IMG/VR virus record: IMGVR_UViG_3300027608_000016
Span: 1-64,000 of that record
Origin: a virus
Length of the DNA stretch: 64,000 nt
Direction: 5' to 3' (one strand)
Below the pieces are notes generated by a model. That model worked only from the letters and a program-made list of their open reading frames with translations, had not been told where the DNA came from and made no database searches. This document shows, in pieces, positions 1 through 10,677 of the stretch. Each line of letters starts with the position of its first letter. Positions within the stretch are counted from its first letter, which is position 1. Made by a program: the position numbers and the translations under genes.

Positions 1-474
1 GATTTAATTAGTCCCCAAACGCTTCCAAGAGCACCTTGAACACCTTTAGTAGCAGGAACGTCTTCATCGCCCAATAAAGCACCTACAAGCTCAAAAGGTG
101 GGAATATATAAGCCATCTGCTTCAACCCCTTTAAAAAGTTTCCCTGAGAGAATTCTCCAATCGATCTAACCAATGGCCCAATAACTGGCAATTGGACAAT
201 AGTATCACCGAACCTTTCACTTGCCCATTCACCTAGAGATTTAATTAGTCCCCAAACGCTTCCAAGAGCACCTTGAACACCTTTAGTAGCAGGAACGTCT
301 TCATCGCCCAATAAAGCACCTACAAGCTCAAAAGGTGGGAATATATAAGCCATCTGCTTTAAACCTTTTAAAAAGTTTCCTTGTGAGAACTCTCCAATTG
401 ATCTAATCAGTGGGCCTATCACTGGCAATGCGACTATCACATCACCGAACTTTTTACCCATCCATTTTCCAGCA
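1..474. repeat. Tandem 237-bp (79-aa) coding repeat, at least 2 copies
   Basis: gatttaattagtccccaaacgcttccaagagc occurs at 1 and 238. The unit encodes ...LPVIGPL(I/V)RSIGEFSQGNFL(K/R)GLKQMAYIFPPFELVGALLGDEDVPATKGVQGALGSVWGLIK. Confidence 0.95.
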
Positions 475-1568
475 TCTTTAATCCATCCCCAAATCATGGA
501 GCCTTTGCTTTGCCCTCCTGCATCGGGTGTTCCTCCAGCTTTATAATCTAAAAATGCATTAAGTGCATCTAATCCCAAACTTATAGCAAATCCCATTCCG
601 GGTAATACAAAGTTAATACACGAAGCCATCCCCGATAACAAGTCTATTACCCCACCAACAATATCTCCTTTCATGAATCTGCTCACTGCAAATCCAATGC
701 CTATAATGGCTCCAATACCGGGAATTTTCAGCCCTATTTTAGCAAACATTTTACCCAACCATGATTTAATACCAGAAAACATTTTCAATAATCTTCCACC
801 TCCTTCCTTACCTAATACTTCTGCGCCAGCCTTCGCAGAAAAACCGAAAAAACTTTTAATTCCTGAAAGTATACCACTAGAAAACATCTTTAGCCCCTTT
901 GTTACAACTTTGCCAATACTTTTAAACAACATTTCTGCACCCCTAAGTCCAACTCTCCCAACAAGTTTCAATAATCCCTTAAACGGGCCATCATCCTTCA
1001 GACCCTCATACAATGCAAATAAACCTCCTGCCAATAAAGCCAATCCTCCGAACATCTTACCGAAAATTGAAGACCCCTTTTTAGGTTCTTCGTCCTTTTC
1101 CGTTTTATCTTTTCTTTTTGTTACGCTTTCCCCTATTATTTTATGCAACACCTTTTGAGCATTTGGAGATAACCCATCAATTATAGTCAATGCTGGTTTA
1201 TTTTCTTCCTCTAGAGTTTTTTTCTCCCCGTCTTTAGTCTTATTAGACGCAAAAAATTGTCCGACATATGACAATAACTCCTTGTTATCTGGTTCTTTCT
1301 TATCTTCTTTTTCGCCTTTATCTTTAGATGTTAATCCTATATCCTCTAAAAGAGTTTTTAACATTCCTTTAGCTGTGGAATCTTTGGATAAACCCTTAAT
1401 ACCATCTGCCAATGTTTCAGATTTATCTTTAGAACCAGTAGATGCTTTTATAGCTAATATCTTCTTCCCTATGGAATTAGACAAATTTTGCATGAAACTA
1501 TCAGCCAACCCTTCAAAAAATGAAGGAGGTAGATATTTTGACACATCAAGTGGAACAGAATCAGCCAT
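1..1568 (-). CDS. Tape-measure-like tail protein (runs off the left edge of the window)
   Basis: Not in the ORF track. Manual translation from the ATG at 1568 (MADSVPLDVSKY...) is open to position 1. Gly/Leu/Lys-rich amphipathic sequence with internal 79-aa repeats, directly downstream of baseplate/tail genes. Confidence 0.65.
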   Translation of the reverse strand, partial: MADSVPLDVSKYLPPSFFEGLADSFMQNLSNSIGKKILAIKASTGSKDKSETLADGIKGLSKDSTAKGMLKTLLEDIGLTSKDKGEKEDKKEPDNKELLSYVGQFFASNKTKDGEKKTLEEENKPALTIIDGLSPNAQKVLHKIIGESVTKRKDKTEKDEEPKKGSSIFGKMFGGLALLAGGLFALYEGLKDDGPFKGLLKLVGRVGLRGAEMLFKSIGKVVTKGLKMFSSGILSGIKSFFGFSAKAGAEVLGKEGGGRLLKMFSGIKSWLGKMFAKIGLKIPGIGAIIGIGFAVSRFMKGDIVGGVIDLLSGMASCINFVLPGMGFAISLGLDALNAFLDYKAGGTPDAGGQSKGSMIWGWIKDAGKWMGKKFGDVIVALPVIGPLIRSIGEFSQGNFLKGLKQMAYIFPPFELVGALLGDEDVPATKGVQGALGSVWGLIKSLGEWASERFGDTIVQLPVIGPLVRSIGEFSQGNFLKGLKQMAYIFPPFELVGALLGDEDVPATKGVQGALGSVWGLIK

Positions 1569-1613
1569 ATAATAGTATTATGTATTATTTATGGTAGAAA
1601 CCTAGTTTAATAG

Positions 1614-2444
1614 CTATTCGTTAAAGAATGTCGTATCGAATGGTATCTTTTCTTCTAGTTTAACAACCTTACCTTCTGAATCGTAACACGTAAAATTGCA
1701 AGTTGTTATCTTTTCTGATATTGTCTTATATGCTTCCATATACTTCAAGATTTTGTTTATTATAGTAGATGGAAGTTTAGATACTATCGTAATTCTAGAT
1801 TTAAAATCTAAAGCGTTAAAGTCTATGTTTTCAGCACTTAATGATATACTCTTAACATATTTAGTAATCTCATTTATGAAAGTATCACCTACAAGCTGTC
1901 TAAGTTCTTCTGGTGTTTTAATCTCCACATCTAAGTTTTTATGAAGTTCATTCTCTAAAGTGTTCTCCACTTTTATATTAGGCAAGCAACAAATCACTTT
2001 ATACGGAGATATTTCAGATATTTCCAGTTCTTTAGGAGATTCTACCTTGTTCAAAACATTTTCTACATGATAATTCAAATCATAACCATAAGAATCATCG
2101 ATAACCTTGGAATTCTCCGATAGATCAATAGTATAAATATTTGATATGCTGTTAATTCTCAACTTTATAAAATACACCAATTTATCTAAGATTGTAAAGT
2201 TGCTAACATCCTCATTCAAAATATTTTCCTCCATTATAGAGTTAAATGTTTGAGTAAAAAGAGAGGTTTGTGATGGAGATTCTATAATGCTCTTGAAAAG
2301 TCTCTTCAATTGATCAGTATTTAAAATTTTAGACGAGTATTCTTTGTCCGAAGATGGGACTGAAAAGGAGAATGTAATATCTTTGTTGATATCGTCCAGT
2401 GTTTTTAATACTGTATTAAGATATGTAGGGTTTTTCTGTGTCAT
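1614..2444 (-). CDS. Baseplate hub subunit, T4 gp26-like
   Basis: FTILDKLVYFIKLRINSIS resembles the gp26 D-x-x-Y-x-F-x-x-x-R-x-x-S motif; tail module context. Confidence 0.6.
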   Translation of the reverse strand: MTQKNPTYLNTVLKTLDDINKDITFSFSVPSSDKEYSSKILNTDQLKRLFKSIIESPSQTSLFTQTFNSIMEENILNEDVSNFTILDKLVYFIKLRINSISNIYTIDLSENSKVIDDSYGYDLNYHVENVLNKVESPKELEISEISPYKVICCLPNIKVENTLENELHKNLDVEIKTPEELRQLVGDTFINEITKYVKSISLSAENIDFNALDFKSRITIVSKLPSTIINKILKYMEAYKTISEKITTCNFTCYDSEGKVVKLEEKIPFDTTFFNE

Positions 2445-2452
2445 GGTATTAA

Positions 2453-3400
2453 TTAAGGTGTGAATTCACTATTTTCAACTGTTTGTTCAAAATTATTCAT
2501 AGGGGAAGGTTCTATATTATTAACATTTTGTGGATTACTATTCTGCTGTTTAAGCTTGGATTCGTATATTTTTATAAACATCCCAAATTCGCCGGGAGTG
2601 CAATTATCTAAATATTCTGGAGACATTTTTTCAGACATTGTGTAAAAACTCTCATACATAGACATCAAATCATCAGAAAACAACATTTTAATTAAAAATG
2701 TAATGTTACGTATATTAAAGTCGAATGGAAGAATACATTTTTCTCCAATATCAGGATGATTTAAAAGGTTTATCAGGTTTATTTTCTTCAATTTGTCATC
2801 CAATGCTTTTATATCCTTTACAACCTTTAAGGAATATTTTGCTGGCAATCTGTTAAACAATTCATTTCTATCATTGATCGGAAGATTCTTTTGTATTACA
2901 CAAATATTTTCAGAATTGTGATATATTTTGTCTATGAATATTGTAGCATCTAACTCGAAACGATCATCATATTGACATGACTCCAACTCTGATAATGTAG
3001 GCAATCTGTATACTATTTCATATTTTCCGAAATTGTTTTTTTCACTTTTTAGAAAATCTTTTTTTATGTCATAGAACGTTTGTATCACATCAGACAATGA
3101 TAGATGTAAAGTTGCTATTTTTCCTTCATCGTCCATTCGTAATTTCAAAACACCACTCAAACTTATATTTCTAATTTTGGCTAATATAATCAAATAATCT
3201 ATGAAATCTAATTCTTCTATCTCATATAAATGCAAACTGCTGTATTTCTCCATTATTATATCAATATTCTCAAATAGGTTTTTCACGTTTGGTGTGTCAC
3301 CCAACAAACACTTTAAGATGGTTCTATAATCTTTTAATAGAAGTTCTTTTATCCGAACTTCCTTTCCAAATACATCTAAAACATTAAAAAAACTATTCAT
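2453..3400 (-). CDS. Baseplate hub protein, gp26-like, possibly with a gp51-like C-terminus
   Basis: LDFIDYLIILAKIRNISL motif; C-terminal LMSMYESFY...MSPEYLDNCTPGEFGMFI resembles gp51. Confidence 0.5.
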   Translation of the reverse strand: MNSFFNVLDVFGKEVRIKELLLKDYRTILKCLLGDTPNVKNLFENIDIIMEKYSSLHLYEIEELDFIDYLIILAKIRNISLSGVLKLRMDDEGKIATLHLSLSDVIQTFYDIKKDFLKSEKNNFGKYEIVYRLPTLSELESCQYDDRFELDATIFIDKIYHNSENICVIQKNLPINDRNELFNRLPAKYSLKVVKDIKALDDKLKKINLINLLNHPDIGEKCILPFDFNIRNITFLIKMLFSDDLMSMYESFYTMSEKMSPEYLDNCTPGEFGMFIKIYESKLKQQNSNPQNVNNIEPSPMNNFEQTVENSEFTP

Positions 3401-3414
3401 TTTTATTGTCTAGG

Positions 3415-4197
3415 TTATTTTTTGCCAAATAAGCCATTTAACAGTTTACCAGCAGCATTTCCTACTTCATTAGCAATAGTTCCCACTTTTATTACTAAAT
3501 TCTTACCCGCTTCAATTACGTTAATTGTATTTCCTCGGTTAGAATCTATAGTATAATAATTATACGCAAACTCGACTTGTCTTATTTGTGGGGCTGTAGT
3601 AGCACCATAGTTGTATTCTTCGCTTCCAACATTTATTGGACAAACGCCATAGTATGTAATTTTATGTCTTACGTATGGAGGTTCGTAGGGATCGGTGACA
3701 CCAATTTGGTAAAATGTTACATTAGTTCTATATTGATTTTCAGAATCTTCAGGATAAGCTATCATTCCCAAATGTGCAGTGACGATAACCCACGGTCTTA
3801 TAACGTTTTCCACGAAACTAACATTAGTGTCGATAAAACTAATTCTCAGATTCTCCGAATTTCTTCCTCCGCTGTTAATTGTGGGTCTTAACAATCCTCC
3901 ATATTGTGTTCCTTCATTAGTAGTTGCAAAAGAATCTCCCGGAACTGATACTGCGTGTGCTAACAAACACCCTTTTGTTTTTTGTATGGGGGCTGTTGTT
4001 ATAGCGTCAAATGCAGCAGTATTATTCCATCTTGCGTTTTCAAATTCCGCTATCTTTTTTATAACAGCAGGAAATTTTTCAAATTCAACAACCCATTGAG
4101 CACCTTTAGGTAATGAACTTGCTGGATTTCCTAAAATCTCAGATAGGAAAAAGGGTATTTGCCCTATAAATGATTTATCTGTTGTTTCTAATGCCAT
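3415..4197 (-). CDS. Tail-tube-fold protein (gp54/gp48-like tube initiator)
   Basis: AVSVPG, YYGVCPINVG and QVEFAYNYY are tube-fold motifs; adjacent to the tube gene. Confidence 0.65.
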   Translation of the reverse strand: MALETTDKSFIGQIPFFLSEILGNPASSLPKGAQWVVEFEKFPAVIKKIAEFENARWNNTAAFDAITTAPIQKTKGCLLAHAVSVPGDSFATTNEGTQYGGLLRPTINSGGRNSENLRISFIDTNVSFVENVIRPWVIVTAHLGMIAYPEDSENQYRTNVTFYQIGVTDPYEPPYVRHKITYYGVCPINVGSEEYNYGATTAPQIRQVEFAYNYYTIDSNRGNTINVIEAGKNLVIKVGTIANEVGNAAGKLLNGLFGKK

Positions 4198-4202
4198 ATT
4201 AT

Positions 4203-4210
4203 TATTTATA
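4203..4210 (-). promoter_or_regulatory. T4-type late promoter TATAAATA
   Basis: Exact consensus 5 nt upstream of ATG 4197; similar TAAATA elements precede 4806, 6953, 7563 and 11144. Confidence 0.75.
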
Positions 4211-4233
4211 GCATCAATCCGTGATTTTAATTG

Positions 4234-4806
4234 TTATCCTATAGAATTACCTAATTCGGGGCATCTCCAATATTGATATGCTATAGTTGCTCCAATAGTA
4301 ACAATAGAGCCACCATCTTTAATGTCATAAGCAAAATCTTGAAGAGATTGTAAATACGCTCCAATCAATTTATAATTCCTTATGCCTTCCATTTTGGAAT
4401 TTACTAATTGTAGATGTATCGTGTTCTGGTTTTCATCAGCCATAGCACTAGTGCGCTCGCCAAAGCCAATCGAATAGTTTCCTGTGCTATCATCATCATT
4501 AAATGTGTCAAACAGTTTACTTTCCAGTCTATCTCTCAAATTATAACTAGCATCGCATCTAAATGTAACTGGATATGAAGCAGAGCCGGGATAATTTGCA
4601 GTTCCGGGAACATTGAATTGTAATCCCATAAAAGGAACTTGAACATTATTTATAGCACGTCCGGGAAGTGTTGCAGCTTCTACATATATTAGGTCGTCTG
4701 AAAATCTATCGTCGAAGAATTGAATCAATCTAAATTGAAACAGTCTCGCAAAGTCTAATCTTTGAACTTTATCATAAAAACTTGTAATTGGTGGTTGATC
4801 TGGCAT
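4234..4806 (-). CDS. gp19: Tail tube protein, T4 gp19-like
   Basis: AATLPG, VPFMG, VTFRCD and IAYQYW motifs; follows the sheath gene. Confidence 0.88.
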   Translation of the reverse strand: MPDQPPITSFYDKVQRLDFARLFQFRLIQFFDDRFSDDLIYVEAATLPGRAINNVQVPFMGLQFNVPGTANYPGSASYPVTFRCDASYNLRDRLESKLFDTFNDDDSTGNYSIGFGERTSAMADENQNTIHLQLVNSKMEGIRNYKLIGAYLQSLQDFAYDIKDGGSIVTIGATIAYQYWRCPELGNSIG

Positions 4807-4832
4807 ATTATTATTTATTGTTAATTTTTAGA

Positions 4833-6953
4833 TTATCCTATTAATTCTGCAAAATTAGCTGATGTTCTTGTTGCTATGAAGTTCACCAATATGAATTCTG
4901 CTGAACGAACTGCTTTAATGTAAATATCTACGTTCAATTCGTTGGCATCAATAGTGTCAGGTGTGTTGTTTCTTTCATCACACACAATCAAGTAATCATA
5001 AACACCTTCAGTGTTTTTAGCTCTCTCGAAAATAGGTGTTAATGAATTCACCAACCTAGCTCTGGTAAACACTGTGTTAGGTTCGAACACAAAATATTTC
5101 AAATTCTGCATTGTAGCTTTTTCTAATGTTAAGAACAGTCTTCTAACGTTCACTCTGTCGAAAGCAGATGGTTTCTTTTGTAGAGTTTTCTGACCATATA
5201 CTATGTATCCATCACTTGGGAAGAACACAACAGGGTTTATGGATATAGTATATAGGAAATCTCTCTGTTTTTGAGTTGGATTGAATGCCAAGTCTGTGAT
5301 TCCTGTCACAACACCTCTAGTAAGTCCAGCAGGAGCAAACCAAGGATATGTGGCTCTATCACTATTTGCATATATTCCTGCGGCGAATCCAGAGAATGGC
5401 AACCAAACTTGCGTATCGCTAGTTTTGTCGTATGCTTTTACCCAATTAGCATAAGTAGCGCAATAATTGCTATTTGCACTGCCAAATGTGTTTTTAAGCG
5501 GCGTGTAAACGTATTGAGAAAAATTGTATGCGTTAACAGATGTAACTTTAGTGTTTTTTCCGTTGATGAAATTCTGTCTCAAAGGATCAACAATAGCCAT
5601 ACAGTCTTTTCTCTGAACTCCTGCAAAGTTTTCGAACAAGTTATAGATAGAACTCCATCTATTGTAATATACTGAATAGTCTCCTTCAGGATTTTGAAGC
5701 GTTGAAAGATTGTAATATGTTGTATCGTCGTATGATCCTGATAAACAGTTAGCATAAACTGTTGTAAGACCAGAATCAGCTATAATATCCAAAGGATAAA
5801 TTTCAGGATTTTCAACTAATGACAATGCTCTTTCAAGTTTGGATGGAACAGAACCTATAACTTTAGATGTCTGTTCGGTGATGTTGCTATTGAATACCCC
5901 ACCAGCGAATAATCCATGTGTTGACGAATCAACCTTAACGTAATACGAAGGATTTACAGAACTTGCAGTCACCCAAGATGTTTTCTTAGAAATATTTGGA
6001 TTTACCAATATTTTAACGTTTGGAGATTTATCATTTACAACGTCTTCAATGAAGAACGAAGTCTGAACACCACCACTATTAGATGCAGCCTTTTTAGAAG
6101 CATCTAAAGACCCTATATATGATTCAGCAAGACCTACAGATAGCAATTCTGGTTGATATATAGATGCGCGGATTTTGAATAAAGTGAATACTAAACTGTC
6201 AGAATAATAAACATCACCGAAATTAAATTGTGGTATTTTTTCTATGTTTTCTGAAATACTGTTATTGTTTTGATTTGCAGTTCCAGAAAGACTTACTGTT
6301 AATTTAGTTGTAGGCAGATTATACCAATTCACACCATACGAGTTTGATGTTATAGAATTAACCGTTACAATAGAATTAAAATCTGAATTTGCGCCGAATT
6401 GTGAGTTGTCTACTAATCCGACATAGTATCCTTCAAATCTTTCATTTATGATGGTCTGACTTTCGTTTATTACAACAATACCTGCATTTATTACGCTACC
6501 AGCCCAAGTTGGTGTAGGTGCAGACGAAGAAATTACGCTCCAAGTGAAATCATTCTGCTGTAATTGAGCAAATTCACTCTCGTTTAGTGAATAATGAGAA
6601 GGTTTTCCAATAGTGAAACCGCTTGCAGATGAAGCTACAGGGTAAAATAGTGCGCTATATTTGTCAGAGAAATCGGCACCGGCGGCAGAACCATATGGCA
6701 TTCTAGTAACGTATAGATTACCTGCTGAATTTAAAACTTGTTTAGCGGAATGGTAAAAATATCTTTCTGCTGGTGTTGAAGGCACTCCATAAATCTGCTC
6801 AAATTCTGATAAAGTTGATACTGATATTACCTCGTCTGTTGGCCCCTGAGAAGCAAATCCTGTGATGAAAATATTCGTTCCGACAACTTGTGTAGTCGTT
6901 TGTGATAAGTCAACTTCAGTAATTTGAACTCCGGGAGAATTAATTGTTCTCAT
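4833..6953 (-). CDS. gp18: Tail sheath protein, T4 gp18-like
   Basis: SPGVQITEVD N-terminus, WFAPAGLTRG, AFDRVNVRRLF, FEPN. Confidence 0.97.
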   Translation of the reverse strand: MRTINSPGVQITEVDLSQTTTQVVGTNIFITGFASQGPTDEVISVSTLSEFEQIYGVPSTPAERYFYHSAKQVLNSAGNLYVTRMPYGSAAGADFSDKYSALFYPVASSASGFTIGKPSHYSLNESEFAQLQQNDFTWSVISSSAPTPTWAGSVINAGIVVINESQTIINERFEGYYVGLVDNSQFGANSDFNSIVTVNSITSNSYGVNWYNLPTTKLTVSLSGTANQNNNSISENIEKIPQFNFGDVYYSDSLVFTLFKIRASIYQPELLSVGLAESYIGSLDASKKAASNSGGVQTSFFIEDVVNDKSPNVKILVNPNISKKTSWVTASSVNPSYYVKVDSSTHGLFAGGVFNSNITEQTSKVIGSVPSKLERALSLVENPEIYPLDIIADSGLTTVYANCLSGSYDDTTYYNLSTLQNPEGDYSVYYNRWSSIYNLFENFAGVQRKDCMAIVDPLRQNFINGKNTKVTSVNAYNFSQYVYTPLKNTFGSANSNYCATYANWVKAYDKTSDTQVWLPFSGFAAGIYANSDRATYPWFAPAGLTRGVVTGITDLAFNPTQKQRDFLYTISINPVVFFPSDGYIVYGQKTLQKKPSAFDRVNVRRLFLTLEKATMQNLKYFVFEPNTVFTRARLVNSLTPIFERAKNTEGVYDYLIVCDERNNTPDTIDANELNVDIYIKAVRSAEFILVNFIATRTSANFAELIG

Positions 6954-6987
6954 ATTATATTATTATTTATCAAAAACAGTAAATTTT

Positions 6988-7563
6988 TTATGTTATGGCT
7001 GGATTTATCAGTTTAAAATCTAATTTATTGAATTGGAAAGTCGCATTAGATTCAATCCATGTGCTATCTCTGTAGTTATATGTTATCCCTCCTAGTCCTG
7101 TTATTGTGGCATTATAATAAGTCCATGATGCGACTCTTTGATTATACTCATTAACTGCAAAAATTGAAAATATTGTTTGATATTCAGGCAATCCCATCTT
7201 AGAGGTAGGACTATCACCGCCATATATGCTACCATGAGTAGTATTCAACACATTTAACCAATTCCAAAGTATCCAATAATTGAGAAACGTGTTATCCACT
7301 ACAAAATTTAACGTTAAAGGAGCATAATTGGGTCTAGTATAACTAGTTACATTTAATGTTTGTCCAGCAAAAGGAACAGCTATTGTAGGAATTATAACAT
7401 CTGGAACGATAGAACCGAAAACTGCGAATTCGATTGGTGAAGTTCCTTGGGTTACAGTGGGAGTGTAAACCCCTCCTCTCAAAGCATTAGGCAAATCTAG
7501 AACCAATATAAACTTGTCTTTACTGGCTTTATTTAAAACTGATTGTTGAGTAGGGTTAGACAT
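6988..7563 (-). CDS. Tail completion / sheath stabiliser, T4 gp3-like
   Basis: YAPLTLNFVVDNTFLNYWILWNW is characteristic of the gp3 family. Confidence 0.7.
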   Translation of the reverse strand: MSNPTQQSVLNKASKDKFILVLDLPNALRGGVYTPTVTQGTSPIEFAVFGSIVPDVIIPTIAVPFAGQTLNVTSYTRPNYAPLTLNFVVDNTFLNYWILWNWLNVLNTTHGSIYGGDSPTSKMGLPEYQTIFSIFAVNEYNQRVASWTYYNATITGLGGITYNYRDSTWIESNATFQFNKLDFKLINPAIT

Positions 7564-7578
7564 TAATGATATTTAACC

Positions 7579-9396
7579 TTATGGGCGGAATATATTATAT
7601 CCTAAATCTATTAAATCCTCTATGTTAAGATCGTCTTCTCCGTATATGTCCAAATTACCGAGTAAAGGTTCATGCTTCTTTTGAACTTTTTCGTTGGATG
7701 GTATTACCACATTTCCACCTATTAAATCTTTCAATTCATATAAACTCTCATCATTAGGGAAATATTCACCTCTAGTTATCTTCAAAGGCTTCTGTTGCTC
7801 GTCTGTCTCTTCTATGTTAAAATATTGCTGACAAACATCAGGGTCTAATGTAAACAATCCCCAAACTAATCCCATGACATAATCATCAAAAAATTTTTCC
7901 CCTTTTTTCCTATATGTTCCATTTGGATATCTAATAAAAGTCTCTAATTCAGATATTGTTTGAGAATCGTATATTTTAACCACTTGTAAGAAATTGATCC
8001 AATATCTCAAATTGCTAACAGCATTAAACCTAAGATTGTTATGGCTAAAAATACCCAAATTTTTGGTGGATTTATATTCTCCAGTCTGAGTCAATTTACT
8101 ATAACTTACCAATTTCTCGTAACTCAGTTCATGTGATAGTGCATCCAGCGTTTGAGCACCACAGTTATTTCTTTCAATCAACAATGGAGGATTACCCCAA
8201 GAAGAGCAAAGATGGATTAAGCGATTTGCGAAATGATATGGTTCTATCGTGTTTGAACCATAAACAGCAACTTGAGTTATATTAGATAAGTCTGTCACAT
8301 CCAAAACCTGCGCTGTAGATGAAGCCCTCCCTACACCTTCGCCAACATCGCAACCCACAACATATAAATTATCCTTCTTAGGCATTTCATAAACTCTGTA
8401 AGAACCATCATCAGACTTCCATATAGGTGCTTTTTTATTAACCTTAAAAGCCTCTAAAACATCATAACCTACTGCGGCTGTTGCGGAATCCAAAAATACA
8501 TTACCAAACTCTTGAGAAAAAGACTCTTCCGATCCTAAAGTGTTAACCATGTCATTCTTCCACTTCTCGTTTCTTCCCGGAACATCCCACCAATCAATTC
8601 TTTCATTATTCCATCCATTATCTCCCTTTTCAGCACCATTATACATCTCGTAGAACTTGTTTCCTATTCCATTAGGTGTGCTAACCATGAAGATTTTAGA
8701 CTTTTTACCAGATGATATAGTAGGAATAACAGACTTCCAGAAATCTTCAAGCAAATGAGGTTCTATATGTGCAGCCTCATCTATGAACAAACAATTTATA
8801 GATTGACCACGAGCCGCTGTGGATGATGTAGTGCTAACTTTGATAGAACTTCCATTAGCTAACGCCATTCCTGTTTTTCCCCACTCTTTTACTCCGGGTT
8901 TTAGGTAATTCGGAAGTAATTCATATGCTAGTCTTATTCTACTAAAAATTGATATTGCTGTGTCTTCTTTGTTCGCAACTATCAACATGCTTTGATCTGA
9001 AGAGAAACAGCAAATCCATAATGCGAAAATAGTAGCCAATGTGGAATTATGACTTAATATTCCATTCGTATAAAAAGTATGATTTTCTGAATCTATAGAC
9101 AAATCATACATATTCTCAGGAGGACAATCCAATTTAATCACGCTCTTGACTTTTTCAATTCCATTTTCCGTTATTATACCATCCCCTACTTTTAAGTCTT
9201 TGACATATATCTCAATGCCACCCTCTCCAATCACTATATGTTCATCAGCGCACTCTAAAAAGAAATTTGTAGTCTCGACCCTCCAAACATCAAACGGCAC
9301 TGTTTTATGCACTTCTTGAATGTCCACCCACCCTTCATCTGTCCATACTTCATAATCTTCAACTTTTTTAGAGTATATAAACTTTTCTGCTTCCAT
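7579..9396 (-). CDS. gp17: Terminase large subunit C-terminal part, fused to split-intein C-fragment
   Basis: The first 117 aa end in MYDLSI...TFYTNGILSHN/S (intein blocks F/G). Then Walker B LFIDEAA, motif III STPNG and nuclease VGCDVGEG...DDYVM. Confidence 0.95.
   Translation of the reverse strand: MEAEKFIYSKKVEDYEVWTDEGWVDIQEVHKTVPFDVWRVETTNFFLECADEHIVIGEGGIEIYVKDLKVGDGIITENGIEKVKSVIKLDCPPENMYDLSIDSENHTFYTNGILSHNSTLATIFALWICCFSSDQSMLIVANKEDTAISIFSRIRLAYELLPNYLKPGVKEWGKTGMALANGSSIKVSTTSSTAARGQSINCLFIDEAAHIEPHLLEDFWKSVIPTISSGKKSKIFMVSTPNGIGNKFYEMYNGAEKGDNGWNNERIDWWDVPGRNEKWKNDMVNTLGSEESFSQEFGNVFLDSATAAVGYDVLEAFKVNKKAPIWKSDDGSYRVYEMPKKDNLYVVGCDVGEGVGRASSTAQVLDVTDLSNITQVAVYGSNTIEPYHFANRLIHLCSSWGNPPLLIERNNCGAQTLDALSHELSYEKLVSYSKLTQTGEYKSTKNLGIFSHNNLRFNAVSNLRYWINFLQVVKIYDSQTISELETFIRYPNGTYRKKGEKFFDDYVMGLVWGLFTLDPDVCQQYFNIEETDEQQKPLKITRGEYFPNDESLYELKDLIGGNVVIPSNEKVQKKHEPLLGNLDIYGEDDLNIEDLIDLGYNIFRP
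9046..9396 (-). mobile_element. Split intein C-fragment (IntC, 117 aa)
   Basis: ECADEH (block B-like His), YDL (block F), terminal His-Asn followed by Ser+1. Confidence 0.93.
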
Positions 9397-9407
9397 ATAG
9401 GTATAAC

Positions 9408-10670
9408 TTATCCATTCCTTATGAAATTAATGCAGTCTTCTAAAACTTTCTGCTTGTTTAATTTATAATCGAATTCATTAACAGTATATATTTTACATCC
9501 TATACTATCAATTAAATCTTTATCTCTCTTCACATCTCTTTCGATTGTATATTTACCTCTAATATTTCTCGGAGAGTGCCAGTATTCACCATTAAATTCT
9601 ATAACTTTATTCAATTCTTTAATGTAGAAATCCAATGATCGTGTTGTGAGATTGGTTCTTATTTTATATTCATTGTTTTTACCATTATTCGACTTTTCTC
9701 CATTTAATATTGTGGCGAAATATACTTCTTTATATTCATCTTTTATTTCCTCATAAATATACCAAAAAAGTTCCTGTGAAATTAATGAATAGTTCAATTT
9801 TGGGAAAGAATTCAACCATTTTTCAGTGATTGTTTTCCTTTTTTCTATGGCCTCTATTTCTGAGCATCCTGTCTGTTTCATGATACTAGGAATTGAATTT
9901 GTGTTTTGTCGCTCACTAACTTTCTTTTTCGCTTCGTCGAAAGAAACCCCTAGTCTAGTCCAATATCCTATTTGATTTGGCATATTTTGGTTTTTTATTT
10001 GACCCTCTGATATTTTTTTACCACATAAATGTCTTCCATTTTTCTCATTGTAATATCTCACATTACAATCTTTATTATAACAAAATTTGTCATATCCTTC
10101 CCATATATTATTAAATTTGACATTTTCTTCACACCATAAGCATTTTCCTACCGCTTCTGAGTTTATGTGTTTCAAATAATATTTTTCATCACTATCATGA
10201 GATTCGTTAATATGTATTGTCAAGTGAGCTTTACTGGCATATTTCATATCGCATTCAAAGCATCTATATATGTAATCGATTGTCTTAGTTCCCCCTGATC
10301 TTATTTTCCAACTTTGATTATAATGTGTCATGCAACATGCATTATATCGCACAAATTCAAAGGGTATATCGTTTTTACATTCTGTTATGCAACATTCAGA
10401 AAAGGGCTTAAAATATTTATTATAAATGGTTTCTTTATCGGCGTTTTTACCACATCTATACAAAGCCACCGATACAGCTTTCCAAGACTCAAAATAAGCA
10501 TTCAACTCTTCCACAAATGGATATCTCATCAATTCTCTCAAAGTATATTCTATTACATTATTATTTTTTCGGTATAAATTTTTAACTAGTGAACCCGCGA
10601 AAAGGCCATACGTTTTATGTTGATGTTCAGTCAATTGCTTCCCTGTTACTTTACATAGTCGTGTTTTCAT
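9408..10670 (-). CDS. Free-standing homing endonuclease, Vsr/DUF559-like PD-(D/E)XK, with Zn fingers
   Basis: C-terminal LDFYIKELNKVIEFNGEYWH; C2H2 finger CFEC...HINESH; CLWC/FCYNKDC. Lies between the two halves of TerL. Start moved from 10706 to 10670 because of the promoter position. Confidence 0.85.
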   Translation of the reverse strand: MKTRLCKVTGKQLTEHQHKTYGLFAGSLVKNLYRKNNNVIEYTLRELMRYPFVEELNAYFESWKAVSVALYRCGKNADKETIYNKYFKPFSECCITECKNDIPFEFVRYNACCMTHYNQSWKIRSGGTKTIDYIYRCFECDMKYASKAHLTIHINESHDSDEKYYLKHINSEAVGKCLWCEENVKFNNIWEGYDKFCYNKDCNVRYYNEKNGRHLCGKKISEGQIKNQNMPNQIGYWTRLGVSFDEAKKKVSERQNTNSIPSIMKQTGCSEIEAIEKRKTITEKWLNSFPKLNYSLISQELFWYIYEEIKDEYKEVYFATILNGEKSNNGKNNEYKIRTNLTTRSLDFYIKELNKVIEFNGEYWHSPRNIRGKYTIERDVKRDKDLIDSIGCKIYTVNEFDYKLNKQKVLEDCINFIRNG

Positions 10671-10677
10671 ATGCTTA

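Noticed and set aside
1-474. Direct repeat considered as a CRISPR array or terminal repeat
   Set aside because: The period is 237 bp, in frame, with synonymous variation and no unique spacers; it is a coding repeat.
673-1572. Plus-strand ORFs 673-1158 and 1282-1572, and the many other short ORFs antisense to long genes
   Set aside because: They are shadows of long, motif-bearing genes on the opposite strand (here the minus-strand ORF starting at 1568) and have no recognisable motifs.
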